Shown here: piece by piece, positions 37,699 to 50,039 of the stretch
How positions within the stretch are numbered: position 1 is the first letter of the stretch
How the letters are laid out: the number at the start of each line of letters is the position of its first letter
NCBI GenBank assembly: GCA_043228905.1
Contig: JBHGNT010000010.1
Coordinates: forward strand, 12,648,001 to 12,712,000
Origin: Azolla caroliniana
Taxonomy: Eukaryota; Plantae; Polypodiophyta
Length of the DNA stretch: 64,000 nt
Direction of reading: 5' to 3'
The notes under the pieces: generated by a model
Told to the model about the DNA's origin: nothing
The model's input: only the letters and a program-made list of their open reading frames with translations
Database searches by the model: none
Made by a program: the position numbers and the translations under genes

Positions 37699-38934
37699 AT
37701 CATCATATCATATATTACATTTCTGACTCATAGCATGTGTTAACGGTTTGATAACTCAAAAACTCAAGACCTAAAGTACATGTTACAATAATGTACAATG
37801 AACAAAATAATAAATATTATGTTTGAACGATTCATGACGAACTTTGCTTCAATTTTTTCTCCTAACATCAATTTCTAAACTTAATCCCAATATTCAATTA
37901 ATAGTAGAGGTTTCAAATGAAATTTGACAACAATTATAGTTTAGATAGCTTGATACAATTTCAAAAAATATGCATAGATGGTAGAATCATGTTCAACTGT
38001 CGACAAGTATTGCACCATTTTTCTTTATTTCGAGCATGGCACTAGAATAGTACATTAACCAACTATTTACTAAATGAATTCCAATATAATCGAGATGCCT
38101 GGAATCGTTGATTTTTATCCAAGACACGTGGGTACAAGTAAAGGTATAGGAAAGACTATATGCATGCTCATGAGTTAATTTGGCATAGATAAAAACTGGT
38201 GAACTTATTAAATCTTAAAAACGAAAGTGTGTTAGAATAATCCTTTGTTTCTTGTTTATGCTTGCGCAATATATAAATATTATTTATTAGTAATCTATGA
38301 TTGCAATATTAAAAAGTGTACGAGATGTGATCCATTGAAGTTTGGTTGGTTAGATTACTCGGCTCTCACCCGAAAGACTCGGGTTCAACTCCCGTCTATG
38401 AAAACGACAATATCATATATTAAATTTCCCACGCATATCTTGTGTTAACTGTTTGATAACTCAAAAACTCAAGACCTAAAAAGTAAAATTAACAAAATAA
38501 TCAATATTATGTTTGAAGGATTGATGACAAACTTTAGTTTGGTTTTATAGTTTGGATAACTCGATAGAATTTCCAAACATACGCATAGATTGTAGAGTAA
38601 TGTTGAACTCTCGATCAACATTGCACCATAGTTCTTTATTTGAAGAAAAGCACTAGAATATTAAATTAACTAAATGAATTCTATTGTAGTCTGCTTGGTT
38701 CGGATCCTTGTTTTTTACATGAGACTCCCGGGTACAACAATAGGCATTGGAAAAAATAGATACATCATGGATCATTAGGTAATGTCGGATCGATAAAAGC
38801 CCTTGAAATTATTTAATCTTAAAAATGAGAGTGTGTTAGAATAATCCTCAGTTTCTCGTTGATGCTTGCGCAATATATAAATATTATTTATTACTAATCT
38901 ATGATTGCAATATTAAGAAGTACACAAGATAGGA

Positions 38935-39007
38935 TCCATTGTAGTCTAGTTGGTTAGGATACTTGGCTTTCACCCGAGAGACCCGGGCTCAACTCCCGGC
39001 AATGGAA
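38935..39007 (+). pseudogene. tRNA-Glu(TTC) copy with T-loop mutation
   Basis: Duplicate of 37626-37698, but GGGTTC has become GGGCTC in the B-box. Confidence 0.7.
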
Positions 39008-40955
39008 ATCATCATATCATATATTACATTTCTGACTCATAGCATGTGTTAACGGTTTGATAACTCAAAAACTCAAGACCTAAAGTACATGTTGCAATAA
39101 TGTACAATTAACGAAATAATCAATATTATGTTTGAACGATTCATGACGAACTTTGCTTCAATTTTTTCTCCTAACGTGAATTTCTAAACTTAATCCCAAT
39201 ATTCAATTAATAGTAGAGGTTTCAAATGAAATTTGACAACAATTATAGTTTAGATAACTTGATACAATTTCAAACAATATGCATAGATGGTAGAATCATG
39301 TTCAACTGTCGACAAGCATTGCACGATTGTTCTTTATTTCGAGCATGGCACTAGAATAGTACATTAACCAACTCATTTACTAAATGAATTCCAATATAAT
39401 CGAGATGCCTGGAATCGTTGATTTTTATCCAAGACACGTGGGTACAAGTATAGGTATAGGAAAGATTAGATGCATGCTCATGAGGTAATGTCGCATAGAT
39501 AAAAACCGGTGAACTTAATAAATCTTAAAAACGAGAGTGTGTTAGAATAATCCTTTGTTTCTTGTTTATGCTTGCGCAATATATAAATATTATTTATGAC
39601 TAATCAATGATTACAATATTAAAAAGTGTACAAGATGTGATCCATTGAAGTCTAGTTGGTTAGATTACTCGACTCTTACCCGAGAGACTCGGGTTCAACT
39701 CCCGGGAATGAAAACGACAATATCATATATTAAATTTCCGATGCATATCTTGTGTTAACTGTTTGATAACTCAAAAACTCAAGACCTAAAGTAGATGTTA
39801 CAATAATGTACAATTAACAAAATAATCAATATTCTCTTTGAAGGATTGATTTAGAATTTTGCTTTCATTTTTTTCTCCTAACATCAATTTCTAAACCTAA
39901 TCCCATTATTCAATTAATAGTAGAGGTTTCAAATGAAATTTGACAAAATATTATGTTGTTCGGGACAAGAAGAAGCAATATATTTAGTCGTGCTTATTTC
40001 TCAACATGGTTACGACAAATTAGTACACCGACAATTATAGTTTGGATAACTTGATAGAAATTCCAAAAATACGCATAGATTGTAGAGTAATGGTGAACTC
40101 TCAATCAACATTGCACCATATTTCTTTATTTGAAGCAAAGCACATGAATATTACATTAACTAATTCACTTACTAAATGAATTCCATTGTAGTCTAGTTGG
40201 TTCGGATCCTTGTTTTAGTACGCATAAATTGAAGAATAATGGTCAACTGTCGAGAGACCTAGGTTCAACTCCCACCAATAGAAAAGACGATATCATATAT
40301 CATATTTTGCTACGCATGTCATGTGTTAAGTGTTCGATAACTGAAAAACTGAAGACCTAAAGTAGTTGTTACAATAATGTACAATTAACAAAATAATCCC
40401 AACATTAATTTCTCCTAACATTAATTTCTAAACTTAATCCCATTATTCAATTAATAGTAGAGGTTTCAAATGAAATTTGACAAAACATTATGTTTTTCGG
40501 GACAAGAAGAAGTAGTATATTTAGTCATGGTTATTTCTCAACATTGTTACGATAAATTAATACACCAACAAGTATAGTTTGGATAACTCCATACAATTTG
40601 AAACAATACCTATAGATTGCAGAATATTGGTGAACTGTCGATGAGCATTGCATCATGTTTCTTTATTTGTAACATAGGACTAGAATGGTACATTAACTAA
40701 TTCATTTAGCAAATGAATTCCATTGAAATCCAGTTTCGTCGTATCCTGGCTTTTTACCTGAGACGCACGGGTACAAGTAGATATATCATATATCATGAGT
40801 TAATGTGGCATCGAGAAAAACCCTTGAAATTAGTAAATCTTAAAAACGAGAGTTTGACAGAATAATTGTCAGTTTCTCGTTGATGCTTGCGCAATATATA
40901 AATATTATTTATTACTAACCAATGATTGCAATATTAGAAACTGCACAAGTTGTGA

Positions 40956-41028
40956 TCTATTGTAGTCTAGTTGGTTAGGATACTTGGCTCTCACCCGAGA
41001 GACCCGGGTTCAATTCCCGGCAATGGAA
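40956..41028 (+). tRNA. trnE-CUC: tRNA-Glu(CTC), intact with wobble pairs
   Basis: Acceptor TCTATTG/CAATGGA (U-G), anticodon stem CTTGG/CCGAG, B-box GGTTCAATTCC, T-stem CCGGG/CCCGG. Confidence 0.65.
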
Positions 41029-44000
41029 ATGATATTATCATATATTTAAAGTCCGACACATATCATGTGTTAACTGTTTGATTACTCGAAAACTCAAAAG
41101 CTAAAGTAGGTGTTACAATAATGTACAATTAACTAAATAATCAATATTATGCTAGACGGATTGATGACGAAATTTACTTTGATTTCTTTCTCCTAACATC
41201 AATTTCTAAACTTAATCCCATTATTCGATTAATGGTAGAGGTTTCGAATGAACTTGGATGAAACATTATGTTGTTCGGGTCAACAAGAAGAATTATTCCG
41301 CAACATTGTTAAGATAAATTAGTACACCAACAAGTATAGTTTGGATAACTCGATACAATTTCAAACAATACGCACAGATTGACGAATAATGGTTAACTGT
41401 CAATGAGCATTGCACCATGTTTCTTTATTTGTAACAAAGGACTAGAATGGTACATTAACTAATTCATTTATTAAATGAATTCCATTGTAATAAAGTTGCC
41501 TCGGATACTTGCTTATAACCCAAGACGCACGACTACAAGTACATATATCATATATTATCAGTTAATGCGGCATCGATAAAAACCCTTGTACAATTAACAA
41601 AATAATTAAAATTATGTTTGAAGGATTGATAAAGAACTTTGGTTTGATTTTTTTCTCCTCACATCAATTTCAAAACTTCATCCCAATATTCAATTAATAG
41701 TAGAGGTTTTTAATGAAATTTTACAAAACATTATGTTGTTCGGGACACCAAGAAGTAGTATATTTATTTGTCGTTATTCCTCAACATTGTTTCGACATAT
41801 TAGTACACCAAGAATTATAGGTTGCATCCTTGTTTTTTACACGAGACTCCCGGGTAGAACGATTGACATCGATAAAAACCCTTGAAATTATTAAATCTTA
41901 AAAACGAGAGTGTGTTAGAAGAATCCTTAGTTTCTAGTTCTTGCTTGCGCATTATATAAATATTATTTATTACTAATCAATAATTGCAATATTAAAAAGT
42001 ACACAAGATATGATCCATTGTAGTCTAGTCAGTTAGGATACTAGGCTCTCACCCGAGAGACCTAGGTTCAACCCCCCCCCCCGGCAATCTAAACGACAAC
42101 ACCCTAAACCCTAAATTTCCGACGCAGATCTTGTGTTAACTAGATACGTCATAGATGATGAGGTAATGTTGCATCGATAAAAAAAGAGAGTGTGTTAGAA
42201 TAATCCTCAATTTCTCATTGATTCTTGGGCAATATATAAATATTATTTATTACTAATCAATAATTGCAATATTAAAAAGTACACAAGATGTTATGCATTA
42301 TAGTCTAGTTGGTTAGGATTCTCGGCTCTCACCCGAGAGACCCGGGTTCAACTCCCGGCAATGGAAACGACAATATCATATATTAAATTTTCGACGGATA
42401 TCATGTGTTAACTGTTTGATTACTCAAAAACTCAAGACCTAAAGTAGGTGTTACAATAATGTACAGTTAACAAAATAATCAATATTATGTATGAAGGATT
42501 GATGACAAACTTTGCTTTAATTTTTCCTCCTAACATCAATTTCTAAACTTAATCCCATTATTCAATTAATAGTAGAGGTTTCAAATGAAATTTGACAAAA
42601 TATTATGTTGTTCAGGTCAAGAAGAAGCAATATATTTAGTCGTGCTTATTTCGCAACATGGTTACGACAAATTAGTACACCAATAATTATAGTTTAGATG
42701 ACTTGATACAATTTCAAACAATACGCATAGATTGCAAAATAATGGTCAACTGTCGACAAGCATTGCACCATGTTTCTTTATTTGTAGCAAAGCACTAGAA
42801 TAGTACATTAACTAATTCATTTACTAAATGAATTCCATTGTAATCAAGTTGCCTTAAACCATTGATTTTTACCCAAGACGCGTGGCTAGAAGAATAGGCA
42901 TAGGAAAAACTACATACATCATTGATTATGAGTTAATTTGGCATCAATAAAAACACGTGAAATTATTAAATCTTAAAAATGAGAGTGTGTTAGAGTAATC
43001 CTCTATTTCTCGTTGATGCTTGCGCAATATAGAAATAATATTTATTACTAATCAATGATTACAATATTAAAAAGTGCACAAGATGTGATCCAGTGTAGTC
43101 TAGTTGGTTAGGATACTCGGCTGTCACCCGAGAGACTCAGGTACCCGAGAGACTCAGGTTTAATTCCCGGAAATGCAAATGACAATATGATATATTAAAC
43201 TTCCGACGCATATGTGTTAATTGTTTTGATAACTCAAAAAATCAAGACCTAAAGTAGGTGTTACAATAATGTACAATTAACAAAATAATCAATATTATGT
43301 TTACAGGACTGAGAAAGAACTTTACTTTGATTTTTTTCTCCTAACATCAATTTCTAAACTTAATCCCATTATTCGATTAATGGTAGAGGTTTTAATTTAA
43401 ATTGGACAAAAATTATGTTGTTGAGGACAACAAGAAGAAGTATATTTAGGTGTGGTTATTCCTCAACATTGTTACGATAATTTAGTACACCAACAATTAT
43501 AGTTTAGATAACTTGATTCAATTTCAAACATTACGCATAGATTGCAGAAAAATGTTCAACTGTCAACAAGCATTGTACTATTTTTGTTTATTTGTGTAGT
43601 CTAGTTGGTTAGGATTCTTGGCTCTCAGCCGAGAGACCCGGGTTCAACTCCCGGCAATGGAAACGACAATATCATATATTAAATTTCCGACGGATATCAT
43701 GTTTTAATTGTTTGATAACTCGAAAACTCAAGACCTAAAGTAGGTGTTACAATTATGTATAATTAACAATATAATCAATATTATGTTTGAAGGATTGATG
43801 ACGAACATAACATTAATTTTTTTCTCTTAACATCAATTTGTAAACTTAATCCCATTATTCGATTAATGGTACAGGTTTTAATTGAAATTGGACAAAACAT
43901 TATGTTGTTCGGGACAACATGAAGCAGTATATTTGGTTGTGGTTATTCGTCAACATTGTTACGGCAAATTAGTACACCAATAATTATAGTTTGGATAACT

Positions 44001-44341
44001 GTATAGAATTTCTAAAAATACGCATAGATTGTAGAATAATGATGAACTCTCGATCAACATGCCACTATATATTTTTATTTGAAGCAAAGCACTAGAATAT
44101 TACACATTAACTAATTCATTTACTTAATGAATTGCATTATAGTCTAGTTGGCATTAGAAAAACTAGACACATCCGAGGTAATGAGGTAATGTTGAATCGA
44201 TAAAAACCCTTCAAATTATTAAATCTTAAAAACAAGAGTGTGTTAGAATAATCCTCACTTTCTCGTTGTTATTTGCGCAATATATAAATATTATTTATTA
44301 CTAATCAATGATTGCAATATTAAAAACTACACTCGATGTGA

Positions 44342-44414
44342 TCCATTGTAGTCTAGTTGGTTAGGATACTCGGCTCTCACCTGAGAGACCCGGGTTCAAC
44401 TCCCAGCGATGGAA
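44342..44414 (+). tRNA. tRNA-Glu(CTC), near-intact or pseudogene
   Basis: Anticodon CTC; G-U pairs in acceptor and anticodon stems; C-A mismatch in T-stem (CCGGG/CCCAG). Confidence 0.45.
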
Positions 44415-45129
44415 ACGACAATATCATATATTAAATTTCCGACGCATATCATGTTTTAACTGTTTGAGAACTCAAGACCTAAAGTAGGTTTTACAAGAAT
44501 GTACAATTAATAGAATAATCAATATTATGTTTGGAGGATTGATAACGAAATTTGCTTTGATTTTTTTCTTCTAACATCAATTTCTAAACTTAATCCCATT
44601 TTTCAATTAATAGTAGAGGTTTCATATGAAATTCAACTAATCATTATGTTGTTCAGGACAGGAAGAAGTACTATATTCAGTCGTGGTTATTCCTCAACAT
44701 TGTTACGACAAATTAGTACACCGAAAATTATAGTTTGGATAACTTGATACTATTTCCAAAAATACGTATAGATTGTCGAATAATGGTGAATTCTTGAGGA
44801 GCATTGCACCATGTTTGTTTATTTGAATGAAAGCACTTGAATATTACATTAACTAATTCATTTACTAAATGAATTCCATTGTAGCCTAGTTCGTTCAGAT
44901 CCTTGTTTTTTAGACAAGACTACCGGGTACAACAATAGGCATTGGAAAAACTAGATACATCATAGATGATAAGGTAATGTCACATCGATAAAAACCGTTG
45001 AAATTATAAAATCTTAAAAAACAGAGCATGTTAGAATAATCCTCAGTTTCTCGTTGATGCTTGGGCAATATATAAATATTATTTATTACTAATCAATAAT
45101 TGCAATATTAAAAAGTACACAAGATGTGA

Positions 45130-46983
45130 GGAATATATTTGGGAGTTAGTGTAGGAGCTCTTAATGAGCATTGAAGTATTGTCAGTACTTCGGTCAGTCC
45201 TTCTAGGACTTGTACAAAAGTGTTCATTGAACACACATATGTATAGAGTGTGGTGAATAGAGGTTGAGAACTTTTATTGAATATAGTTCTTGTGTTTTCT
45301 CTCTCACTCTCTCTGTCTCTCCCGCATATACTGCGTAAGCTCAAGCTCTCCATTAAACCTGAGTTTTCTTCCTTCTGTTCGGTCTTCATACTTGCTTCCG
45401 CATGTTACTTTTTACACATATCTTGCTCCTAGTTCTATCCACGAAGGCTAAATCGATAGCTGCATGGGACCACTTGTTGGCACACTTCTCACGATACGAA
45501 CCTAACTTTCTCCCCAGCCGCGTTGAGTATTCGAAGAAACCTAATGATTTATCTCGTTCTCGCTTCCACGTATATTCAACGGGATCCCATTCTACTCGCT
45601 CGAGAGGCTTCCTTTCAACCACGTACAAGATCCAATCCTCCTCAACCTCTTCTACTGGTGGATTCACCTTCCATTTCTTTCCCGCTCTTGCTACAATTCT
45701 AATCGGGTACCAGCATGCACTTTCATCTAATAATCCAATATGGACGGTCTTCCCATTCTTTCCTAGACCCCTGACATTGATAATTTTTCCGGTATCATCA
45801 CATTGTCCGGACCATTCACCCTCTTCCTCATTACCAATAGGAAGCGAGGAGATAGCTGTATTGACTACGCCAAGCATCTTTCTGCCATTTCTGACCTTTC
45901 CCAAGTCTTCATATAGTTGATCACATTTATTGTCGGACAGCCACATCCAATCAGCCACCGAGTGTATCCCTAGACAATACAATGTAGCCCATGTCATGTG
46001 CTTGCTTTGTCCAAGCATCGTTCCTTCTGGCGATTGTACGATCTCGTTCCACAGTAGGGGTTGGCGCATCCATTCAAGACTAGTACTTGGACGATTCCGA
46101 CTTAGATGCCCACGGAGCATACTCCACGCCTACATCACTGACATACAAGTACAATCAGCCAACCAGGTAGATTTCCTCAACTTTAAGGCCATACAAAAAG
46201 GCCACGCTTTGTGTGACTTCCAATGCCCACCCAGTCTTGGACTCCAGACAATGCTCCTATTATGTATCAATGTTTACCATAACCTGTTACCAGGTAACAA
46301 GCTCCTTACCCATACCTTGCATAACAATGCTTGACTCTACAATCTAGGGTCAATCAATCTTCAACCCCCCTTACTCTTGGGAATAACCAACGTAGACCAT
46401 GATACTTTGGCTGCCACGTTGTCTTTCCTCATCCCAGCCCAAAGGAATCCCCTAATACACGCTTTAACATTACAAATAGCTTGCTTGTCAAACATCCACA
46501 CTGAAACTGCATGCCATAACGTAGACAAGAGCACATGGTTAGCTAATATGATCCTGCCAGCCAATGATAAGTTCATCCCTGACCAGTTGCGAATTTTGTC
46601 ACAGATTTTGCTTTGAATTTGTTGCAATTGATTTCCTTTGTCGATATCTACCCCAATCCACATTCCCAGATACCGAGTGGCTTCCCCGTTTGCAAATCCA
46701 TTTGAATTCAGCATTTAGCTTCCAAATAGGCTCGGACTCCAAGCTGATCCAAAAACCCTTCGACTTCTTCCAATTGATGGACACTCTCAATGGCTTGCAA
46801 AAGAGCTCAATAGCACTCTGTGCCGTCTCAAGATTCGCTTCATTTCCTTGGAGGTATAGCATCGTATCGTCCGCGAACTCCGAGTCCACCAGTGACTTCC
46901 TTGAATTAGGGATCAAAAGACCATGAAAATTTTCCCTTTGACTGTTAAAAAGGGCAGACATTGCTTCAGTAATAAAATGGAAA
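45130..46983 (-). mobile_element. Degenerate internal fragment of LINE (L1/Tx1-like) ORF2: RT C-terminal half to zinc-finger region, frameshifted
   Basis: ORF pieces 46599-46983 (FITEAMS...DSEFADDTMLYL...INWKKS), 46361-46714 (RYLG...LSLAGRIILANHVLLSTLWH...KVSWSTLVIPKSKGG) and 45386-46120 (QPLLWN...FFEYSTRLG). No A-tail or TSD seen. Confidence 0.9.
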
Positions 46984-49247
46984 CGTGCGGGTACAAGTAC
47001 AGGCATAGGAAAAACTAGATACATTATATGTCATGAGTTAATGTGGCATCGATAAAAACGATAGTGTGTTAGAATAATCCTCTATTCCTTGTTGATGCTT
47101 GCGCAATATATAAATGTTATTTATTAGTAATCAATGATTGCAATATTAAAAAGTGTAGAAAATGTGATCCATTGTAGTCTACTTGGCTAGAATACTCGGC
47201 TCTCTCCAAAGAGACCAGGGTTTAACTCTCGGGAATAGGAAGGACAATATCATATATAAAATTTTGTGACGCATGTCATGTCTTAACTATTTGATAACTC
47301 AAAAACTCAAGACGTAAAATAGTTAGAATAATATACAATTAACAAAATAATCAATCTTATGTTTGAAGGATTGACGACGAACTTTGCTTTGATTTTTTTC
47401 TCAAAACATCAATTTCTAAACTTAATCCCATTATTCAATTAATAGTATAGGTTTCAAATGAGATTTGACAAAACATTATGTTGTTCGGGACAAGAAGAAG
47501 CAATATATTTAGTCGTGGTTATTCCTCAACATTGTTACGACAAATTAGTACACCAACAATTATAGTTTGGATAACTTCATACAATTTGCAAAAATACGCA
47601 TTGATTGTCAAATAATGGTGAATTCCCGATGAGCATTGCACAATGTTTCTTTATTTGAAGTAAAACACTAAAATATTACATTCACTAATTCATTTACTAA
47701 ATGAATTCCAATGTAGTCTAGTTGGTTCAGATCCTTGTTTTTTACATGAGACTCCCTGGTACAACAACTCACATGGGAAAAACTAGATACATCATAGATC
47801 ATGAGGTAATATCGCATCGATAAAAACCCTTGAAATTATTAAATCTTAAAAACGAGAGTGTGTTAGAATAATCCTCGGTTTCTCATTAATATTATTTATT
47901 ACTAATCAATGATTGAAAAATTAAAAAGTAGACAAGATATGATCCATTGTAGTCTAGTTGGTTAGTATAGTCGGCTTTCACCCGAGAGACCCGTGTTCAA
48001 CTCCCGGCAATGGAAACGACAATATCATATATTAAATTTTCGACGCATATCATCTGTGAACTGTTTGATAATTCAAAAACTCAAGACCTAAAGTAGGTGT
48101 TCCAATAATGTACAATTAACAAAATAATCAATAAATTGAATTTCTAAACTTACTCCCATTATTTGATTAATGGTAGAGGTTTCGCATGAAATTGGACAAA
48201 ACATTATGTTGTTCGAGACAACAAAAAGATGTATATTTGGTTGTGGTTGTTCATCAATATTGGTATGACAAATTAGTACACGAACAATTATAGTTTCGAT
48301 AACTCGATACAATTTCAAACAATATGCATAGATTGCAGAATAATGGTCAACTGTCGATGAGGATTGCCAAATGAATTCCATTGCAATCAAGTTGCCTCGA
48401 ATCTTTGATTCTTAATCGAAACGCAATAGAAAAAACTAGATACATTATATATAATGAGTTACTGTGGCATCGATAAAAATCCGTGAAATTATTAAATCTT
48501 AAAAACAACAGTGTGTTAGAACAATCCTCAGTTTTTCATTGATGCTTAAGCAATATATAAATATTATTTATTACCAATCAATGATTGCAATATTAAAAAG
48601 TGCACAAGATGTGATCCATTGAAGTCTAGTTGGTTAGAATACTCGGTTCTCACCCGAGATACTCGTGCTCAACTCCTGGCAGTAGAAAGGACAATATCAT
48701 ATATATAATTTTGCGACGCATTTCATGTGTTAACTGTTTGATAACTCAAAAACTCAACACATAAAGTAGCTGTTACAATAATGTAAAATTAACAAAATAA
48801 TCAATATTATGTTTGAAGGATTGATGACAAACTTTCCTTTGGTTTTAATAGTTTCGATAACTTGATAGAATTTCCAAACATACGCATTGATAGTAGAATA
48901 ATGTTGAATTCTCGATCAACATTGCACCATAGTTTTTTATTTGAAGAGAAGCACTAGAATATTACATTGACCAATTCATTTACTAAATGAATTCTATGGT
49001 AGTCTAGTTGGTTCGGATCCTTGTTTTTTACACGAGACTCTCGGGTACAACAATAGGCATTGGAAAAACTAGATACGTCATAGATCATGAGGTAATGTCG
49101 CATAGATAAAAACCCTTGAAATTATTTAATCTTAAAAACGAGAGTGTGAGAGAATAATCCTCAGTTTCTCGTTGATACTTGCTCAATATATCAATATTAT
49201 TTATTAGTAATCTATGATTGCAATATTAAGAAGTACACAAGATAGGA

Positions 49248-49320
49248 TCCATTGTAGTCTAGTTGGTTAGGATACTCGGCTTTCACCCGAGAGACCCGGG
49301 TTCAACTCCCGACAATGGAA
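49248..49320 (+). tRNA. trnE-UUC: tRNA-Glu(TTC), near-intact (one T-stem mismatch)
   Basis: Consensus body, anticodon TTC; T-stem CCGGG/CCCGA has a terminal C-A mismatch. Confidence 0.55.
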
Positions 49321-50039
49321 CTGATTATATCATATATTAAATTTCCGACTCATAGCATGTGTTAACGGTTTGATAACTCAAAAACTCAAGACCCAAAGTA
49401 GATGTTACAATAATGTACAAATAACAAAATAATCAATGTTATGTTTGAAGGTTTGATGACGAACTTTCCTTTCATTTTTTTCTCCTAACATCAATTTCTA
49501 AACTTAATCCCAATATTCCATTAATAGTGGATGTTTCAAATGAAATTTGACAAAACATTATGTTGTTCGGGACAAGAATAAGAAATATATTTAGTCGTGC
49601 TTATTTCTCAACATGGTTATGACAAATTAGTACACCGACAATTATAGTTTGGATAACTGGATAGAATTTCCAAAAATACGCATAGATTGTAGAATAATGG
49701 TGAACTCTCGATTAACATTGCACCATATTTCTTTATTTGAAGCAAAGCACATGAATATTACATTAACTAATTCACTTACTAAATGAATTCCATTGTAGTC
49801 TAGTTGGTTCGCATCCTTGTTTTTTACATGAGACTCCCGGCTAGAACATTATGTTGTTCGGGAAAACAAGAAGCGGTAGATTTGGTTATGGTTATTCCTG
49901 AACATTGTTATAACAAATTACTATACCAACAATTATAGTTTGGATCACTTGATACATAGATTTTAGAATAATGGTCAATTGTCGATCACTATTCGACTAT
50001 GTTTCTTGATTTGTAACAAAGGACTACAATGGTACATTA

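Larger units (their letters stand above)
27990..45129 (+). repeat. tRNA-Glu tandem array, segment 3
   Basis: Same monomer; tRNA-like copies at e.g. 28098, 31055, 37626, 40956, 44342. Confidence 0.97.
35400..45129 (+). repeat. Another higher-order copy of ~120-11657, including a recent 1309-bp tandem duplication (~36850-39470)
   Basis: Shared variants ttagtttctagtt (7781/41927), gataaaaaaagagagtg (8024/42176) and caggacaggaagaagtactatattcag (11183/44654); paired tRNA copies 37022/38331 and 37626/38935 are 1309 bp apart. Confidence 0.85.

Noticed and set aside
45402-46926. + strand ORFs of 172, 134, 79 and 120 aa
   Set aside because: Antisense shadows of the - strand LINE ORF2.
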